Source: Candidatus Sumerlaeota bacterium
GTDB lineage: Bacteria; Sumerlaeota; Sumerlaeia; Sumerlaeales; Sumerlaeaceae
Length of the DNA stretch: 50,581 nt
Assembly (NCBI GenBank): GCA_012513815.1
Contig: JAAZBM010000006.1
Location: 1 to 50,581, forward strand
Direction: 5' to 3'
Each line of letters begins with the position of its first letter. The stretch's first letter is position 1. Below are positions 1 to 9,562 of this stretch, piece after piece. Both the position numbers and the translations under genes were made by a program. The notes below the pieces were generated by a model. That model was not told the origin of the DNA. It did not search any database and worked only from the letters and a program-made list of their open reading frames with translations.

Positions 1-1037
1 AGCTGTCGCGTTTGCGGCAACATCACGACCTGATAGCATGTTCGGATGAATTTGTCTGTCGCGAATGCAACGCCGTTGGCGGTCGCGATGTCGCCGGAGA
101 GTATGTCGCAAATGTCGCGCGCAGTGAATGGCGCGGCGCGGCGGGCGATTCGATTTTGTATGAAGGTCAGGCGCCGACATGAGGCGAAGGGGTTGCCGTC
201 ATCGGTTGCGGGCGTCGCGTTTTTGTTGCTTTGCTGAAAATGGTTTGTCGCGCTGATGTGGTTGCCTGTCGGGCGAACGATTTTCGCGCGGGTTGTCCCC
301 CACTCGAGCAGGCATGCGGATTGTTTGTCTGCGATGCCGATGATGTGCGGGAGAAATGGTTTGTGTTTGCGGAGAGCGGTTGTGGTCTCGTCGATTGTTT
401 TGCATGTTGCTGCCGCTTCCAACAGATAGCCGGGACTGAAGACGCGTTGGTCAAATTTCGGCGGCGTTTGCGAGATGAGTTCGGCGTTGAGTTCGATGCA
501 AATTCCGGCAGCGTTGATTGCTGTCGTCGCGTAGATGATGCCCGCCCACGCGATGGTGGCGACGGGTTGCGCTCCTTCGTCGATGGCGGGATGCCAAATC
601 GCGGTAATGAGTGGTGGTTGAATTTTTTCGACCGACATGTACCAGTCGTAGTTTCGGCCGAGGATTGTTTGATGATTCTCGGTCGCGTCACCCCAGAGCG
701 CGATGGTGGAGCATGCGGGGATATTCCCGGCGATGAATTCCATCGTCTCGAGGGCTGTCATTTCGGTTTCGGTCAGGTTCGCGCCGATGCCCACGCCACG
801 CACGATGTTGCGCATGATGATTGGCTCGCTCGCCCGTATCAGCGCTGCCGCCGCGATGATGTCCGGCGTCATGTACGGGATGAGTTTCGCGGCCAACGCG
901 TGCAATTCCGTTTTCAGGAGTTGGCCGTATTGTTGCCCCATCTGGTACCACGAACCATGCAAATCGAGGACGATGAATCCGTTGTTTGTCTTCAGTCGTC
1001 GTGCTTTGTTATCGCTTGTTTTGCGGATGGTTTTCAT
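1..1037 (-). CDS. C45-peptidase / acyl-CoA:6-APA acyltransferase-like Ntn-hydrolase family protein (partial, 3' end runs off window)
   Basis: Hand translation of the minus frame from ATG at 1037 gives an uninterrupted ORF to the window edge: MKTIRKTSDNKARRLKTNNGFIVLDLHGSWYQMGQQYG...PACSTIALWGD...RNYDWYM. It is absent from the ORF track only because it lacks an in-window stop. The Cys in PACST and the RNYDW motif are reminiscent of C45/choloylglycine-hydrolase-type Ntn hydrolases. Its start is 4 nt after the cobB stop in the same frame (operon). Confidence 0.5.
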   Translation of the reverse strand, partial: MKTIRKTSDNKARRLKTNNGFIVLDLHGSWYQMGQQYGQLLKTELHALAAKLIPYMTPDIIAAAALIRASEPIIMRNIVRGVGIGANLTETEMTALETMEFIAGNIPACSTIALWGDATENHQTILGRNYDWYMSVEKIQPPLITAIWHPAIDEGAQPVATIAWAGIIYATTAINAAGICIELNAELISQTPPKFDQRVFSPGYLLEAAATCKTIDETTTALRKHKPFLPHIIGIADKQSACLLEWGTTRAKIVRPTGNHISATNHFQQSNKNATPATDDGNPFASCRRLTFIQNRIARRAAPFTARDICDILSGDIATANGVAFATDKFIRTCYQVVMLPQTRQ

Positions 1038-1040
1038 GAT

Positions 1041-1748
1041 TTACTTTTTGGCGGAAAGAATTTCGTAGAGTTCTTTCATGCCGGTTGTGGCGGGTTTCGC
1101 AATCATTGTCATGCCGTCGCGGAGTTTGGGAAGCGAGTTCGCCTTGGGGTCTACGACATAGACCGGCGCATGCTGCGGGGCGTATTGGACAAGCCCGGCC
1201 GCGGGATAGACGACTAGCGATGTGCCGACGACGACGAATATGTCTGCCTGTGAGGCGATTGCGGCGGCTTTTGACATCAAAGGTACGGCTTCGTCGAAGA
1301 GGACGATGAACGGTCTGAGTTGTCCGCCGCGCGGGCATAAGTCGCCAACGTTTATCGGGTCGTATCCGATTTCCTTGACGTAGTCAGGGTCTTTCATCGA
1401 TGATGCTTTTGTGAGTTCTCCGTGGAGGTGGACGATGTGCGTCGACCCGGCGCGCTCGTGGAGGTTGTCGATGTTTTGTGTGAGGATGTATACGTTGAAA
1501 AGTTCCTCGAGTTTTGCGAGATATTTGTGCGCGTCGTTTGGTTCTACGGTCTTGAGTTCGGCGCGTCTGTCGTTGAAAAACTCGAGTACTTGTTTAGTGT
1601 TTCGGCGCATTGCTCTGCCTGTCGCAACGTCTTCGACGTTGTATCCGCACCACAATCCGTCGCTGCCTCTGAACGTTGGAATTCCGCTCTCTTTGCTGAT
1701 TCCTGCGCCGGTGAGTACCACCAGATTTTTCTTCTTGTTCTCAGTCAT
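1041..1748 (-). CDS. cobB: NAD-dependent protein deacylase, Sir2 family (CobB-like)
   Basis: GAGISKESGIPTFRG Rossmann motif and QNIDNLHERAG...HLHG catalytic His region, typical of sirtuins. The zinc-binding CxxC...CxxC module appears absent (only one Cys in that region). Confidence 0.85.
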   Translation of the reverse strand: MTENKKKNLVVLTGAGISKESGIPTFRGSDGLWCGYNVEDVATGRAMRRNTKQVLEFFNDRRAELKTVEPNDAHKYLAKLEELFNVYILTQNIDNLHERAGSTHIVHLHGELTKASSMKDPDYVKEIGYDPINVGDLCPRGGQLRPFIVLFDEAVPLMSKAAAIASQADIFVVVGTSLVVYPAAGLVQYAPQHAPVYVVDPKANSLPKLRDGMTMIAKPATTGMKELYEILSAKK

Positions 1749-1935
1749 TTTTCACTCTCCGCCTTTTTTCGTCCTTAATAGATAGATACCTCAGATGAGA
1801 TTTGGTGTGCGTAAAAAAGATTGTTTGGGGTGTTTTGAATTGCATTTATCATTCATTCGTATGTTAAGAATAGAATAGTAAAGACAAGTGGTCTTGACAT
1901 CAAAAATGAAGATAGAGATTTAAGGATTTCTCACT

Positions 1936-2553
1936 ATGACATTATCGTCTCGTTTAGTTGTTTGCAGTGTTGTGCTGATGAGTTCGGCATTAATGATGAG
2001 TGGCTGTGAGGGCCAGAAGAAAGCGGCACCCGCTGACCCGGGTCCCGGCACGGCGGGAATCGCATCGGCGCTTGAAGGTGTGTCGGATAAGGTTGACGCG
2101 ATTGCGTCTGTCCTGCCCGCTAAAGACCCGACGACCTCGGCTGTTGTGTCGACGCGGCTTCCTGATGGGACGCAGTATGTCGATGAAGTTGTCGGCACCG
2201 GCGCGGAGGCAACCGTTGGCTGCAAAGCCTCGGTGAATTACTCGGGCTATCTGCTTGATGGTAAGAAGTTTGATTCGAATCTCGACCATGGTTCGGCGCC
2301 GTTTGTTGTTGAGCCTCTTGGTTCGGCGCAAGTCATCACGGGTTGGAATACGGGTATCGTCGGCATGAAGGAAGGCGGCAAGCGCAAGCTTACGATTCCT
2401 TCGGATAGCGCTTATGGCGATGCCGGTAGTCCTCCTCGCATCCCGGGGAAGGCGACGTTGGTGTTTGATGTGGAACTTCTGAAGGTTGAGAAGTCTGACG
2501 CGAAACCCGCGCAACAAATGATGCCTCAGGGCATGCAGATGATTCCTCGTTAA
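1936..2553 (+). CDS. FKBP-type peptidyl-prolyl cis-trans isomerase, lipoprotein
   Basis: Signal peptide with lipobox (LMMSGC). C-terminal FKBP domain motifs (YSGYLLDGKKFDSN, GWNTGIVGMKEGGKRKLTIP, ATLVFDVELL). Confidence 0.85.
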   Translation: MTLSSRLVVCSVVLMSSALMMSGCEGQKKAAPADPGPGTAGIASALEGVSDKVDAIASVLPAKDPTTSAVVSTRLPDGTQYVDEVVGTGAEATVGCKASVNYSGYLLDGKKFDSNLDHGSAPFVVEPLGSAQVITGWNTGIVGMKEGGKRKLTIPSDSAYGDAGSPPRIPGKATLVFDVELLKVEKSDAKPAQQMMPQGMQMIPR

Positions 2554-2564
2554 TCGATTGAGGT

Positions 2565-4022
2565 TTGATGCTTAAGGTCGCTTTTCTGCATATTGTTCCG
2601 GCTGCGTTCGCCTATCAGTGGTCGCTCCCTCCGTTAGGTATTGGCTGGATTATCGCAGAGCTTCGGCGCACGCAAAGTCCTATCGATATCGCGTTTTTTC
2701 GGGACGCGGCTTCTGTCATCGAGTGGGGGCCAGACATTGTCGGGGTCGCATCGGATACGGGTACGATTACTTGGTCGATGGAGGCGGCGCGTGAGTTGCG
2801 TGCGGCGACGAATGCCTATTTGGTTCTCGGTGGACCGCATATAACGGCGCTGCCGCATCGTCTGCCCGCGGAGTTTGACCTCGGGATTTATGGTGAGGGC
2901 GAGCGCACTTGGTCGGAACTCGTCGGTCTGTTTCGCGCGATTGGCTCGCGGCGGCCGACGGCATCGGAGTTGAAGAAGATTCCGGGTCTCTGTTGGAATG
3001 AGAATGGCGTCGGCGTGCTCAGCCCGGCGCGGGAACTGATTGCGAATCTTGATGATTTGCCGTTGCCTGACCGTGATATTCTGGGCGATTACGCGGTGCC
3101 GCGTTGGTTGCGTGTGCATACGATTGTTTCCCGTGGTTGCCCGTATCATTGCGCGTTCTGTTCGTCGAGCGCTTTGTGGCCCGGGCTACGTCAGAATTCG
3201 GCGGCGCATGTCGCGGATGAAATCGAGTATTTGCGCAACAAGTATGACCCCATCGAGATTTATCTGTTTGATGATTTGCTGATTGCGAATCGGAATCGCT
3301 TCAAGGATATTTGTCGGCGGCTACGTGAGCGCGGATTGGATAAGGATATTGTTTTCCGTGGTCATGCGCGTGTCAATCTTCTTGACAGCGAGTATGTGGA
3401 TTTGTTGGGCGAACACAATTTCCGTTATCTGGATTTTGGTATCGAGTCCAACAGCGCTGCGGTTTTGGCGGCGCTGAATAAGACGGCTGTGACTCCGGAA
3501 ATCAATCAGCGCGCGATGGATTTGTTGAAGTCCTCGGGGCTGTCGGCGGGCGCGTCGCTGATTATCGGGTCGCCTGAAGAAACGAATGATGACATCCAAC
3601 AGACGTGGGATTTTGTCGTTCGTAACGCGGATGTGATTAAGCGTGTTTCTTGCGGGATGCTTGTTCCGCTGCCGGGGACGAAAATCTGGAAAGATGCGGA
3701 GGCACGTGGTTTGGTGAGTGAAACGATGGACTGGAGTTGCCTTAGCAATTACGCGACGCCTGAACAGTACGAAGAGCAGTACGCGAAGTTCCCGACGCCT
3801 GCGCGGAAAATCTCGCGCGAGGATTTGTTTGACTGGTTTATCAAGTTCAAGAATTACGCGGAGAGTATCGCGCCTGCAAGCGAGGCCGAGTATTGGGAGC
3901 AGAGCGCGTATCGGTTGCATGGCCGTTGCGAGCGCGCGCAGGTTGAACTGAAACGTCTGCATGGTTCGCGGTTGATGCGTCTCGCGATGTCTTTGCGTGA
4001 CAAACTGGGTAAGGGACATTGA
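2565..4022 (+). CDS. B12-binding domain radical SAM protein (class B rSAM)
   Basis: CxxxCxxC cluster in VSRGCPYHCAFCSS. The N-terminal region (LVLGGPHITALP) resembles a cobalamin-binding domain. Overlaps the next gene by 26 nt. Confidence 0.75.
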   Translation: MMLKVAFLHIVPAAFAYQWSLPPLGIGWIIAELRRTQSPIDIAFFRDAASVIEWGPDIVGVASDTGTITWSMEAARELRAATNAYLVLGGPHITALPHRLPAEFDLGIYGEGERTWSELVGLFRAIGSRRPTASELKKIPGLCWNENGVGVLSPARELIANLDDLPLPDRDILGDYAVPRWLRVHTIVSRGCPYHCAFCSSSALWPGLRQNSAAHVADEIEYLRNKYDPIEIYLFDDLLIANRNRFKDICRRLRERGLDKDIVFRGHARVNLLDSEYVDLLGEHNFRYLDFGIESNSAAVLAALNKTAVTPEINQRAMDLLKSSGLSAGASLIIGSPEETNDDIQQTWDFVVRNADVIKRVSCGMLVPLPGTKIWKDAEARGLVSETMDWSCLSNYATPEQYEEQYAKFPTPARKISREDLFDWFIKFKNYAESIAPASEAEYWEQSAYRLHGRCERAQVELKRLHGSRLMRLAMSLRDKLGKGH

Positions 4023-5097
4023 TGTGATGTTTGGTGGCGTCCGGGAGAAATTACGGCAGATGCGGAGGGCACGGCGCATCGCTCAACTTGAAAAGCCGCG
4101 CTGGCCGCAGGCGATTCAGATTGAGACGACGAATGTTTGCAATTTGCGTTGCGTGATGTGCCCGACGACCTATAACCCGACAGCGGGTATCGAAGCGAAG
4201 GAATCGATCATCAGCGCGGTGATGGCCGCGATGCCTCATGTCGCTGCGCTCCGGCCGTATCTGAATGGCGAGCCGCTGATGTATGCTCCGATTTTTGATT
4301 TGATGCGGCGGGCGCGGGCGCTGAATCCGTCAATCGATTTGGCGTTCAACACGAATGGAATGTTGATGGATAAGGACGCGCGCAAACAGATTTTGTCGTT
4401 GCCGATGAATCATGTTGTGGTGTCGATGGATGGCGCATGCGCCGAAACTTATAACGCGATTCGTGTGGGCGCGGATTTTGATGTTGTGGTGGACAACATT
4501 TCGCGATTGTCCGCGGAGCGTGGCCCTTATGCGGCGGGCAAGCTCCCGATGTTGTCGTTGCAGATGACGGTGCATAAGGATAATGTCGAGGAGATGCCGG
4601 AGTTGGTGCGTCTGGCGGCGCGTCTGGGATTGCAGGGCGTGATGTTCAATAATATTGAGCCTTACTGTGGCGCGCTTGCGGATAAGATTTGTTATGGGCC
4701 GAATCCCCGTGAGGAGTATGTCAAGCTGTTTGATGAGACTGCTCGCGAAGCACGTCGTCTGGGGTTGTTTTGCACGGCGGCGTTGTTGCGCGCTGATGGT
4801 GTAGCGCGTTATTGCCCGAGTTTGAGTGTGATGTATATCACGGCGGATGGGTCGTGTTATCCTTGCGCGTCGCTGATGTCTGGTGATAAGTTCTGGTATC
4901 TGGGCGAGGAGCGTCGGCATCATGGTCCTCTGTGTATGGGGACACTGCCGCAGCAGTCTATTTATGAGGTTTGGAATTCGCCGCAGTACCGCGCGTTTCG
5001 GCGGCAGTTGCGTGAGCATCGTCTCCATGCGGAATGCGAGCAATGTCTGATGGCGCAGAGTGTTGTTTGCAATACGCAGCCTTATCCACTGAATTGA
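3997..5097 (+). CDS. radical SAM / SPASM-domain protein
   Basis: IETTNVCNLRCVMCP (CxxxCxxC) near the N-terminus. C-terminal Cys-rich segment CYPCASL...ECEQCLMAQSVVC is consistent with auxiliary SPASM/twitch clusters. Confidence 0.75.
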   Translation: MTNWVRDIDVMFGGVREKLRQMRRARRIAQLEKPRWPQAIQIETTNVCNLRCVMCPTTYNPTAGIEAKESIISAVMAAMPHVAALRPYLNGEPLMYAPIFDLMRRARALNPSIDLAFNTNGMLMDKDARKQILSLPMNHVVVSMDGACAETYNAIRVGADFDVVVDNISRLSAERGPYAAGKLPMLSLQMTVHKDNVEEMPELVRLAARLGLQGVMFNNIEPYCGALADKICYGPNPREEYVKLFDETAREARRLGLFCTAALLRADGVARYCPSLSVMYITADGSCYPCASLMSGDKFWYLGEERRHHGPLCMGTLPQQSIYEVWNSPQYRAFRRQLREHRLHAECEQCLMAQSVVCNTQPYPLN

Positions 5098-5193
5098 TTT
5101 TTTTGGGTGTTGCGCTCATTTGCTTCCTCTTGTCTCTTTTCACAAATTGCGAGCACATTATTTTTTGAACGACACTATATAATATTATAAATT

Positions 5194-6771
5194 ATGCATA
5201 AAAGGTGTTATTTAGAAATGTTATCTCGCGTCTGTCTCATTCGTTATCTTTGCAGTGTGTTATGTGTTGCTTCTTTGTCTGTTTGTGGCGCTTCATTTGG
5301 CGAGTCCGATGTTACGTCGCAGAGTGTTACCATATCGGCAGAATTTGATGTCGCGCAGTCGCTGAATGAGCAAATTGATAAGCGTGTCGGCAGCGCGGAT
5401 TTGGAATCGAAAGCCCTGTGCGCCGTTTATATTTTTGATGGCGCGACGGGCAAGGTGTTGGTCAATAAGCATGGCGAGGAAGCGTTTGCTCCGGCGTCGT
5501 GCAACAAGTTGCTGACGACAGCGGCGTCGCTCTCGCTTTTTGGGCCGGACAAGCGCATCGAGACGGATATTTATCGCACGGGTGTTATTGACGCGAACGG
5601 AACGCTGAAAGGCAACCTTATTGTTGTTGGTGGCGGTGACCCTTCGATTTGTGGGCGCTATGAGACGGATAAGAAAGATGTCACGGCCGAGTTGCGTCGG
5701 TGGGTGGATGCGATGACCTCGGCGGGAATCAAAAAAGTTCACGGCGATTTGGTTGCGGACATTCGCGTTTTTGATCAGGAGTATTTCCATAAGAACTGGT
5801 ACCTCAACGAACGTGGCGAATATTATGAGGCCGAAATTTGGGGACTGCAGTTCAATGAGGGTTGCGTCGATATGGAGTTCAGCTCGAAGGATTTGCTGCC
5901 GGGCGATACCGCCAAGATGACGCTGATTCCGCCGACGACTTACGCGACTGTCAGCAATAATATCAAGGTGCTGGCTCGTGGGCGGGCGGGTTCCACGGAG
6001 TTTCGGCGTGAGGATTTGTCGAATGATATCGTGGCGACAGGAACGTTGGCGTTTGACTCGACAAAGATTGAGAGCGCGACGATTTGCAATGGTCCGTTGT
6101 GGGCGTTGCATACATTGCGTGATGTGATGACAAGCGCCGGTATCACGGTCAGTGGGAAGTTGCGCATCGCGGATTCGCTGGAGGACGCGCCTGCGGTGGC
6201 TGGTGGCATTCTGGTGCATCGCCGTCTGTCGCCGCCGATGAGCGAGCTGATTAATACGGTCAATCGCGTCAGTCAGAATTTTTATGCGGACAGCCTTTGC
6301 AAACTTCTCGGGAATCGTTTCCGTGGCAGTGGTTCATGGGCTGCCGGTTGCGCTGTGATTCGCGAGTGGCTGCGGAATCAGCCAGTGTGGAGCGAAGGTC
6401 ATATGATGGATGACGGTTCGGGTTTGAGTGATGAGAACCGTGTCGCGCCGCGCACGTTGGCGGAGTTGCAGCGCTTTATGAATGAAGGACCTTACTCGAG
6501 TCAATGGCGTGATAGCCTCCCACAGGGCGGCGTTCGTGGCTCGCTGAAGGCGCGCTTTGCCGAGACTGATGCGACTGCCGAACAGAAGGCGCGCATCTTT
6601 GGTAAGACAGGTTATATCGATGGCGTGCGCTCTCTGTGCGGTTACATTTTGCGCAAAGACGGGACGCCGGTCTACTACATGATTAATGTTGTCAATTCGT
6701 ACCGGTCCGCAAAACAGCAGCTTGACCTGATTGATGATATCGTCGTGATGACGCTGAAGGCGTATGAGTAG
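5194..6771 (+). CDS. dacB: D-alanyl-D-alanine carboxypeptidase/endopeptidase, PBP4 family (peptidase S13)
   Basis: Signal peptide. SxxK active site (ASCNKLL). PBP4-like length (525 aa) and motifs (SLPQGG, KTGYIDGVRSLCGY). Confidence 0.8.
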   Translation: MHKRCYLEMLSRVCLIRYLCSVLCVASLSVCGASFGESDVTSQSVTISAEFDVAQSLNEQIDKRVGSADLESKALCAVYIFDGATGKVLVNKHGEEAFAPASCNKLLTTAASLSLFGPDKRIETDIYRTGVIDANGTLKGNLIVVGGGDPSICGRYETDKKDVTAELRRWVDAMTSAGIKKVHGDLVADIRVFDQEYFHKNWYLNERGEYYEAEIWGLQFNEGCVDMEFSSKDLLPGDTAKMTLIPPTTYATVSNNIKVLARGRAGSTEFRREDLSNDIVATGTLAFDSTKIESATICNGPLWALHTLRDVMTSAGITVSGKLRIADSLEDAPAVAGGILVHRRLSPPMSELINTVNRVSQNFYADSLCKLLGNRFRGSGSWAAGCAVIREWLRNQPVWSEGHMMDDGSGLSDENRVAPRTLAELQRFMNEGPYSSQWRDSLPQGGVRGSLKARFAETDATAEQKARIFGKTGYIDGVRSLCGYILRKDGTPVYYMINVVNSYRSAKQQLDLIDDIVVMTLKAYE

Positions 6772-6784
6772 CCTGAAGAGTTGA

Positions 6785-8215
6785 GTGAGCATGGCATCAA
6801 ACACGAGTACACATAAACCGATTGGTTGGTGTTCCATGTTGCTGACGATGGGATGTGTGTTCGCGTTGGTGTGCGCCGCTGAGATTGCCGCAAGACAATG
6901 TAGTGACGCGTTTGGCACTTTCGGCGGGTGGGATAATCGGACGCTTTATCATCGCGTGATGAATGCCGATGAATCGGTGCGTGAGAATGGGCACTGGAAT
7001 ATGCTGCTGTATGGTTCTTCGGTCGGGTTGCCGTTGCAGCCGTCGCGCTGGATGGAAGCTACCGGGAACGATGCCGTGATGTATAACGGATGCGTCGGCG
7101 GGCAACGTCCGGATATGTTGCAGGTGCTGTATGAGGGTGTGTTTTACCCGATGGGGCGGCCGGACAAGTTGGTGTATATCATCACGCCGACGGATGTCAA
7201 CGCCGGAACGGACGCACGGGCGGGCGAATCGGTTTTGTGGCAGGCGCCACGGGTGCGGTTGGTGCGCAAGGATTTGAATTTCGCGGAACATTGTGTGGCG
7301 TGGCTTGATGTTCACAGCGCGCTGTTTGGCGCTCGCCGTCATTTACGGACACGGCTTGAGCGTGGCGTGTTGCCCGAGGAACCGGAGATTTTGTTTTTGC
7401 CGGATGGGTCGCGGCTCTCGCCGTTTTCGGTGACGACGCCGGAGATCGCGAAGAAGCATAATCCGTTGGAAAACTTCTCGTTTAATCCGCGGCAGTCCGA
7501 CGCGATTGTTTCGCTTGTTGAGTTTTGCAAGGCGAACGGAACGGATGTACGGCTGGTCAGTCAGCCTCTGCCGGAATGCGCCTATGATGATTGCCTGAGC
7601 ACGACGGAGTCTGAACGTGCCCGCAAGCTGTATGAGGCAGGGCTGCGCGATATCGAGCAGCGTTGCGGTTTGCAGGTGACGCGGCTGAATGATGGTCAAA
7701 CGACTTTCGCGGATGAGCTTGCGTATGACGCGTTGCACGCGAATCGGCGCGGGGCGGAGGTGCTCATGGCGGAGTATTGGTCGCAGGTCATCGGGCCGCT
7801 GTTCGCGAATATCGCGCGGACGCAGAATTTGCCTGTGGAACAGGAGTTCCGTTTCTCTGATTTGCAAACGAGCCGGACGGCGCTGGTGGCGTCGGGGCTT
7901 CCTTGGGCGACCGAGGGTGTTGTTTGCGCTGATGGAGTTTCAAGCGCGAGTATTCCGCTGCCGGGGGTTTACGCTCCGGGGAAATGGCGGGCAGAGTTTT
8001 CGGTTCAGTATCCGTCGCAGGGTGAGGCTGTGAACGCGACAGTGAGCGATGGCAAGCAGTCCGAGCCTGTTCGGCGTATGTCGGATTTATACGCCCGCGA
8101 GACCGGTTACGCGTTCGCGGAAATCACACTTTCTTCGAGTTCGTCCCTTTGTGTGAACCTCGGCGAACAGACGCGCCTCAACGCGCTATTTTTGCGTCCC
8201 AAGATATTGCCATGA
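6785..8215 (+). CDS. hypothetical membrane-anchored protein, possible SGNH/GDSL-like hydrolase or acyltransferase
   Basis: N-terminal TM helix. GSS motif (LLYGSSVG) near the N-terminus and D-x-x-H (YDALHANRRGAEVL) near the C-terminal third fit SGNH spacing. GTG (6785) or ATG (6791) start. Its stop overlaps the queG start (ATGA). Confidence 0.4.
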   Translation: MSMASNTSTHKPIGWCSMLLTMGCVFALVCAAEIAARQCSDAFGTFGGWDNRTLYHRVMNADESVRENGHWNMLLYGSSVGLPLQPSRWMEATGNDAVMYNGCVGGQRPDMLQVLYEGVFYPMGRPDKLVYIITPTDVNAGTDARAGESVLWQAPRVRLVRKDLNFAEHCVAWLDVHSALFGARRHLRTRLERGVLPEEPEILFLPDGSRLSPFSVTTPEIAKKHNPLENFSFNPRQSDAIVSLVEFCKANGTDVRLVSQPLPECAYDDCLSTTESERARKLYEAGLRDIEQRCGLQVTRLNDGQTTFADELAYDALHANRRGAEVLMAEYWSQVIGPLFANIARTQNLPVEQEFRFSDLQTSRTALVASGLPWATEGVVCADGVSSASIPLPGVYAPGKWRAEFSVQYPSQGEAVNATVSDGKQSEPVRRMSDLYARETGYAFAEITLSSSSSLCVNLGEQTRLNALFLRPKILP

Positions 8216-9198
8216 ACCGTATCGAAGAAGCAGACCTTGGCGATTTGATTCGCACTTCCGGCTTCTATAAGTTTGGTGCCACCCGTCTGCCGTTGGACGA
8301 GGCGTATTTGTCATATTTTTCGAGTTGGATTTCGCAAGGAAATCATGCGGATATGCAGTGGCTTGAGAAGAATTACCGGGCACGTCGTAGTGGGACGGCG
8401 GTTTTGCCCAACGCCCGCAGTGTTCTGGTTTTGCTGGCGCCGAGTTCGCCTCGCAATCCGGCAGAGTGCCCGCCAAAGCCCAGTGGGCCGGGCGAAATGC
8501 GAATCGCTGATTTCGCGTTGGGGGTTGATTATCATAATGTTTTGCGGGCAGCAGCGGAGCCAATCGCGCAACGTCTCCGCGAGGTTTTCCCGCTGAGTTT
8601 GTGGCGTATATGTATCGACAGCGCGCCGCTGTTTGAACGCGCCGCCGCCTTTGCCAGTGGTCTGGGTTTCATCGGGCGCAACAGCATGCTGATTGACCCG
8701 GATTCGCCGTATGGTTCGCGATTTTATATCGTTTGCATTATTGGCACGGCGGACCTGAAGATTGACCGCTATATGGAAGCGGAGTGGATTGTTGACAAAC
8801 AGAAGAGGCATTGCGGCGACTGCCGTTTGTGCATCGATAGTTGTCCCGGCGGGGCGTTGTCTTTTGGACAGATGTTCGACGCGTGCCGATGCGTTTCTTA
8901 CATGACCATCGAAAAGCGCGGGGAGATGACTCCCGAGGAGCATGAGCGCGCCGGTGACCGATTGTTCGGGTGCGATACCTGTCAGGATGTTTGCCCGTAT
9001 AACGCCATTGCGCCGATTACTCCTTTCCTCGATTTGCGCGAGAATGTGAGGACCAAAGCGTATGTGCCCGCAAATGCTTTTGACGCGTCGAAGATGACGC
9101 GTGGTGAGTTCCGCCGTCAGTTTTCAGACTCGTCTTTGTGGCGGGCCGGCATCACAAAACTGCGTAAGCGCACGGAATTTTTCCGCAAAAAGAAATAA
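8212..9198 (+). CDS. queG: tRNA epoxyqueuosine(34) reductase QueG
   Basis: Two 4Fe-4S ferredoxin motifs (CGDCRLCIDSCP, CDTCQDVCPYN) and QueG-like N-terminal region. Start taken at ATG 8212 (ATGA overlap with the upstream stop) rather than ORF-track 8149. Confidence 0.85.
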   Translation: MNRIEEADLGDLIRTSGFYKFGATRLPLDEAYLSYFSSWISQGNHADMQWLEKNYRARRSGTAVLPNARSVLVLLAPSSPRNPAECPPKPSGPGEMRIADFALGVDYHNVLRAAAEPIAQRLREVFPLSLWRICIDSAPLFERAAAFASGLGFIGRNSMLIDPDSPYGSRFYIVCIIGTADLKIDRYMEAEWIVDKQKRHCGDCRLCIDSCPGGALSFGQMFDACRCVSYMTIEKRGEMTPEEHERAGDRLFGCDTCQDVCPYNAIAPITPFLDLRENVRTKAYVPANAFDASKMTRGEFRRQFSDSSLWRAGITKLRKRTEFFRKKK

Positions 9199-9231
9199 AA
9201 AACCTCAATCAGACCTTTCGGTCATAGTACC

Positions 9232-9498
9232 GTGCAAACAAAACTCACGGAGACACTTTACTTTATGCTGATACGCCAATATAGAGAGGATATATGTGGT
9301 ATGAATCAGTGTGCGAAGTGTGGTCGCGATAGTGGCAATGAGTTTTTGTGTCCCGAGTGTAACCAACTTATTTTCTCGGAGTCGGATGTCGCGGATTGCA
9401 TTCAGATAGACGCGCCGCCGATAGCTGAGGAACCGCAGGTGGCAGCGACGACGAAGGCGGACACGCGGAATGGCGCAAAGGCGCCTATCATGAAATAG
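9232..9498 (+). CDS. small hypothetical zinc-ribbon protein
   Basis: CAKCG...CPEC four-Cys motif. Intergenic position between queG and pdxJ. Start ambiguous (ATG 9232, 9262 or 9301). Confidence 0.3.
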   Translation: MQTKLTETLYFMLIRQYREDICGMNQCAKCGRDSGNEFLCPECNQLIFSESDVADCIQIDAPPIAEEPQVAATTKADTRNGAKAPIMK

Positions 9499-9562
9499 TG
9501 TTTGGCGGCGGCGCTGCATGAGAATCTCGATTTATGATGTAGTATAATGAGAGGTTATTATC

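Noticed and set aside
231-1217. 328-aa plus-strand ORF
   Set aside because: C/R/D/G-rich composition. It lies antisense to a clean minus-strand ORF (C45-like gene) that continues uninterrupted to the window edge.
4330-5043. 237-aa minus ORF inside SPASM rSAM gene
   Set aside because: Antisense to the radical SAM gene. R/H/Q-rich composition typical of reverse frames in high-GC DNA.
5293-6219. 308-aa minus ORF inside dacB
   Set aside because: Arg-rich, low-complexity antisense frame of a well-supported PBP4 gene.
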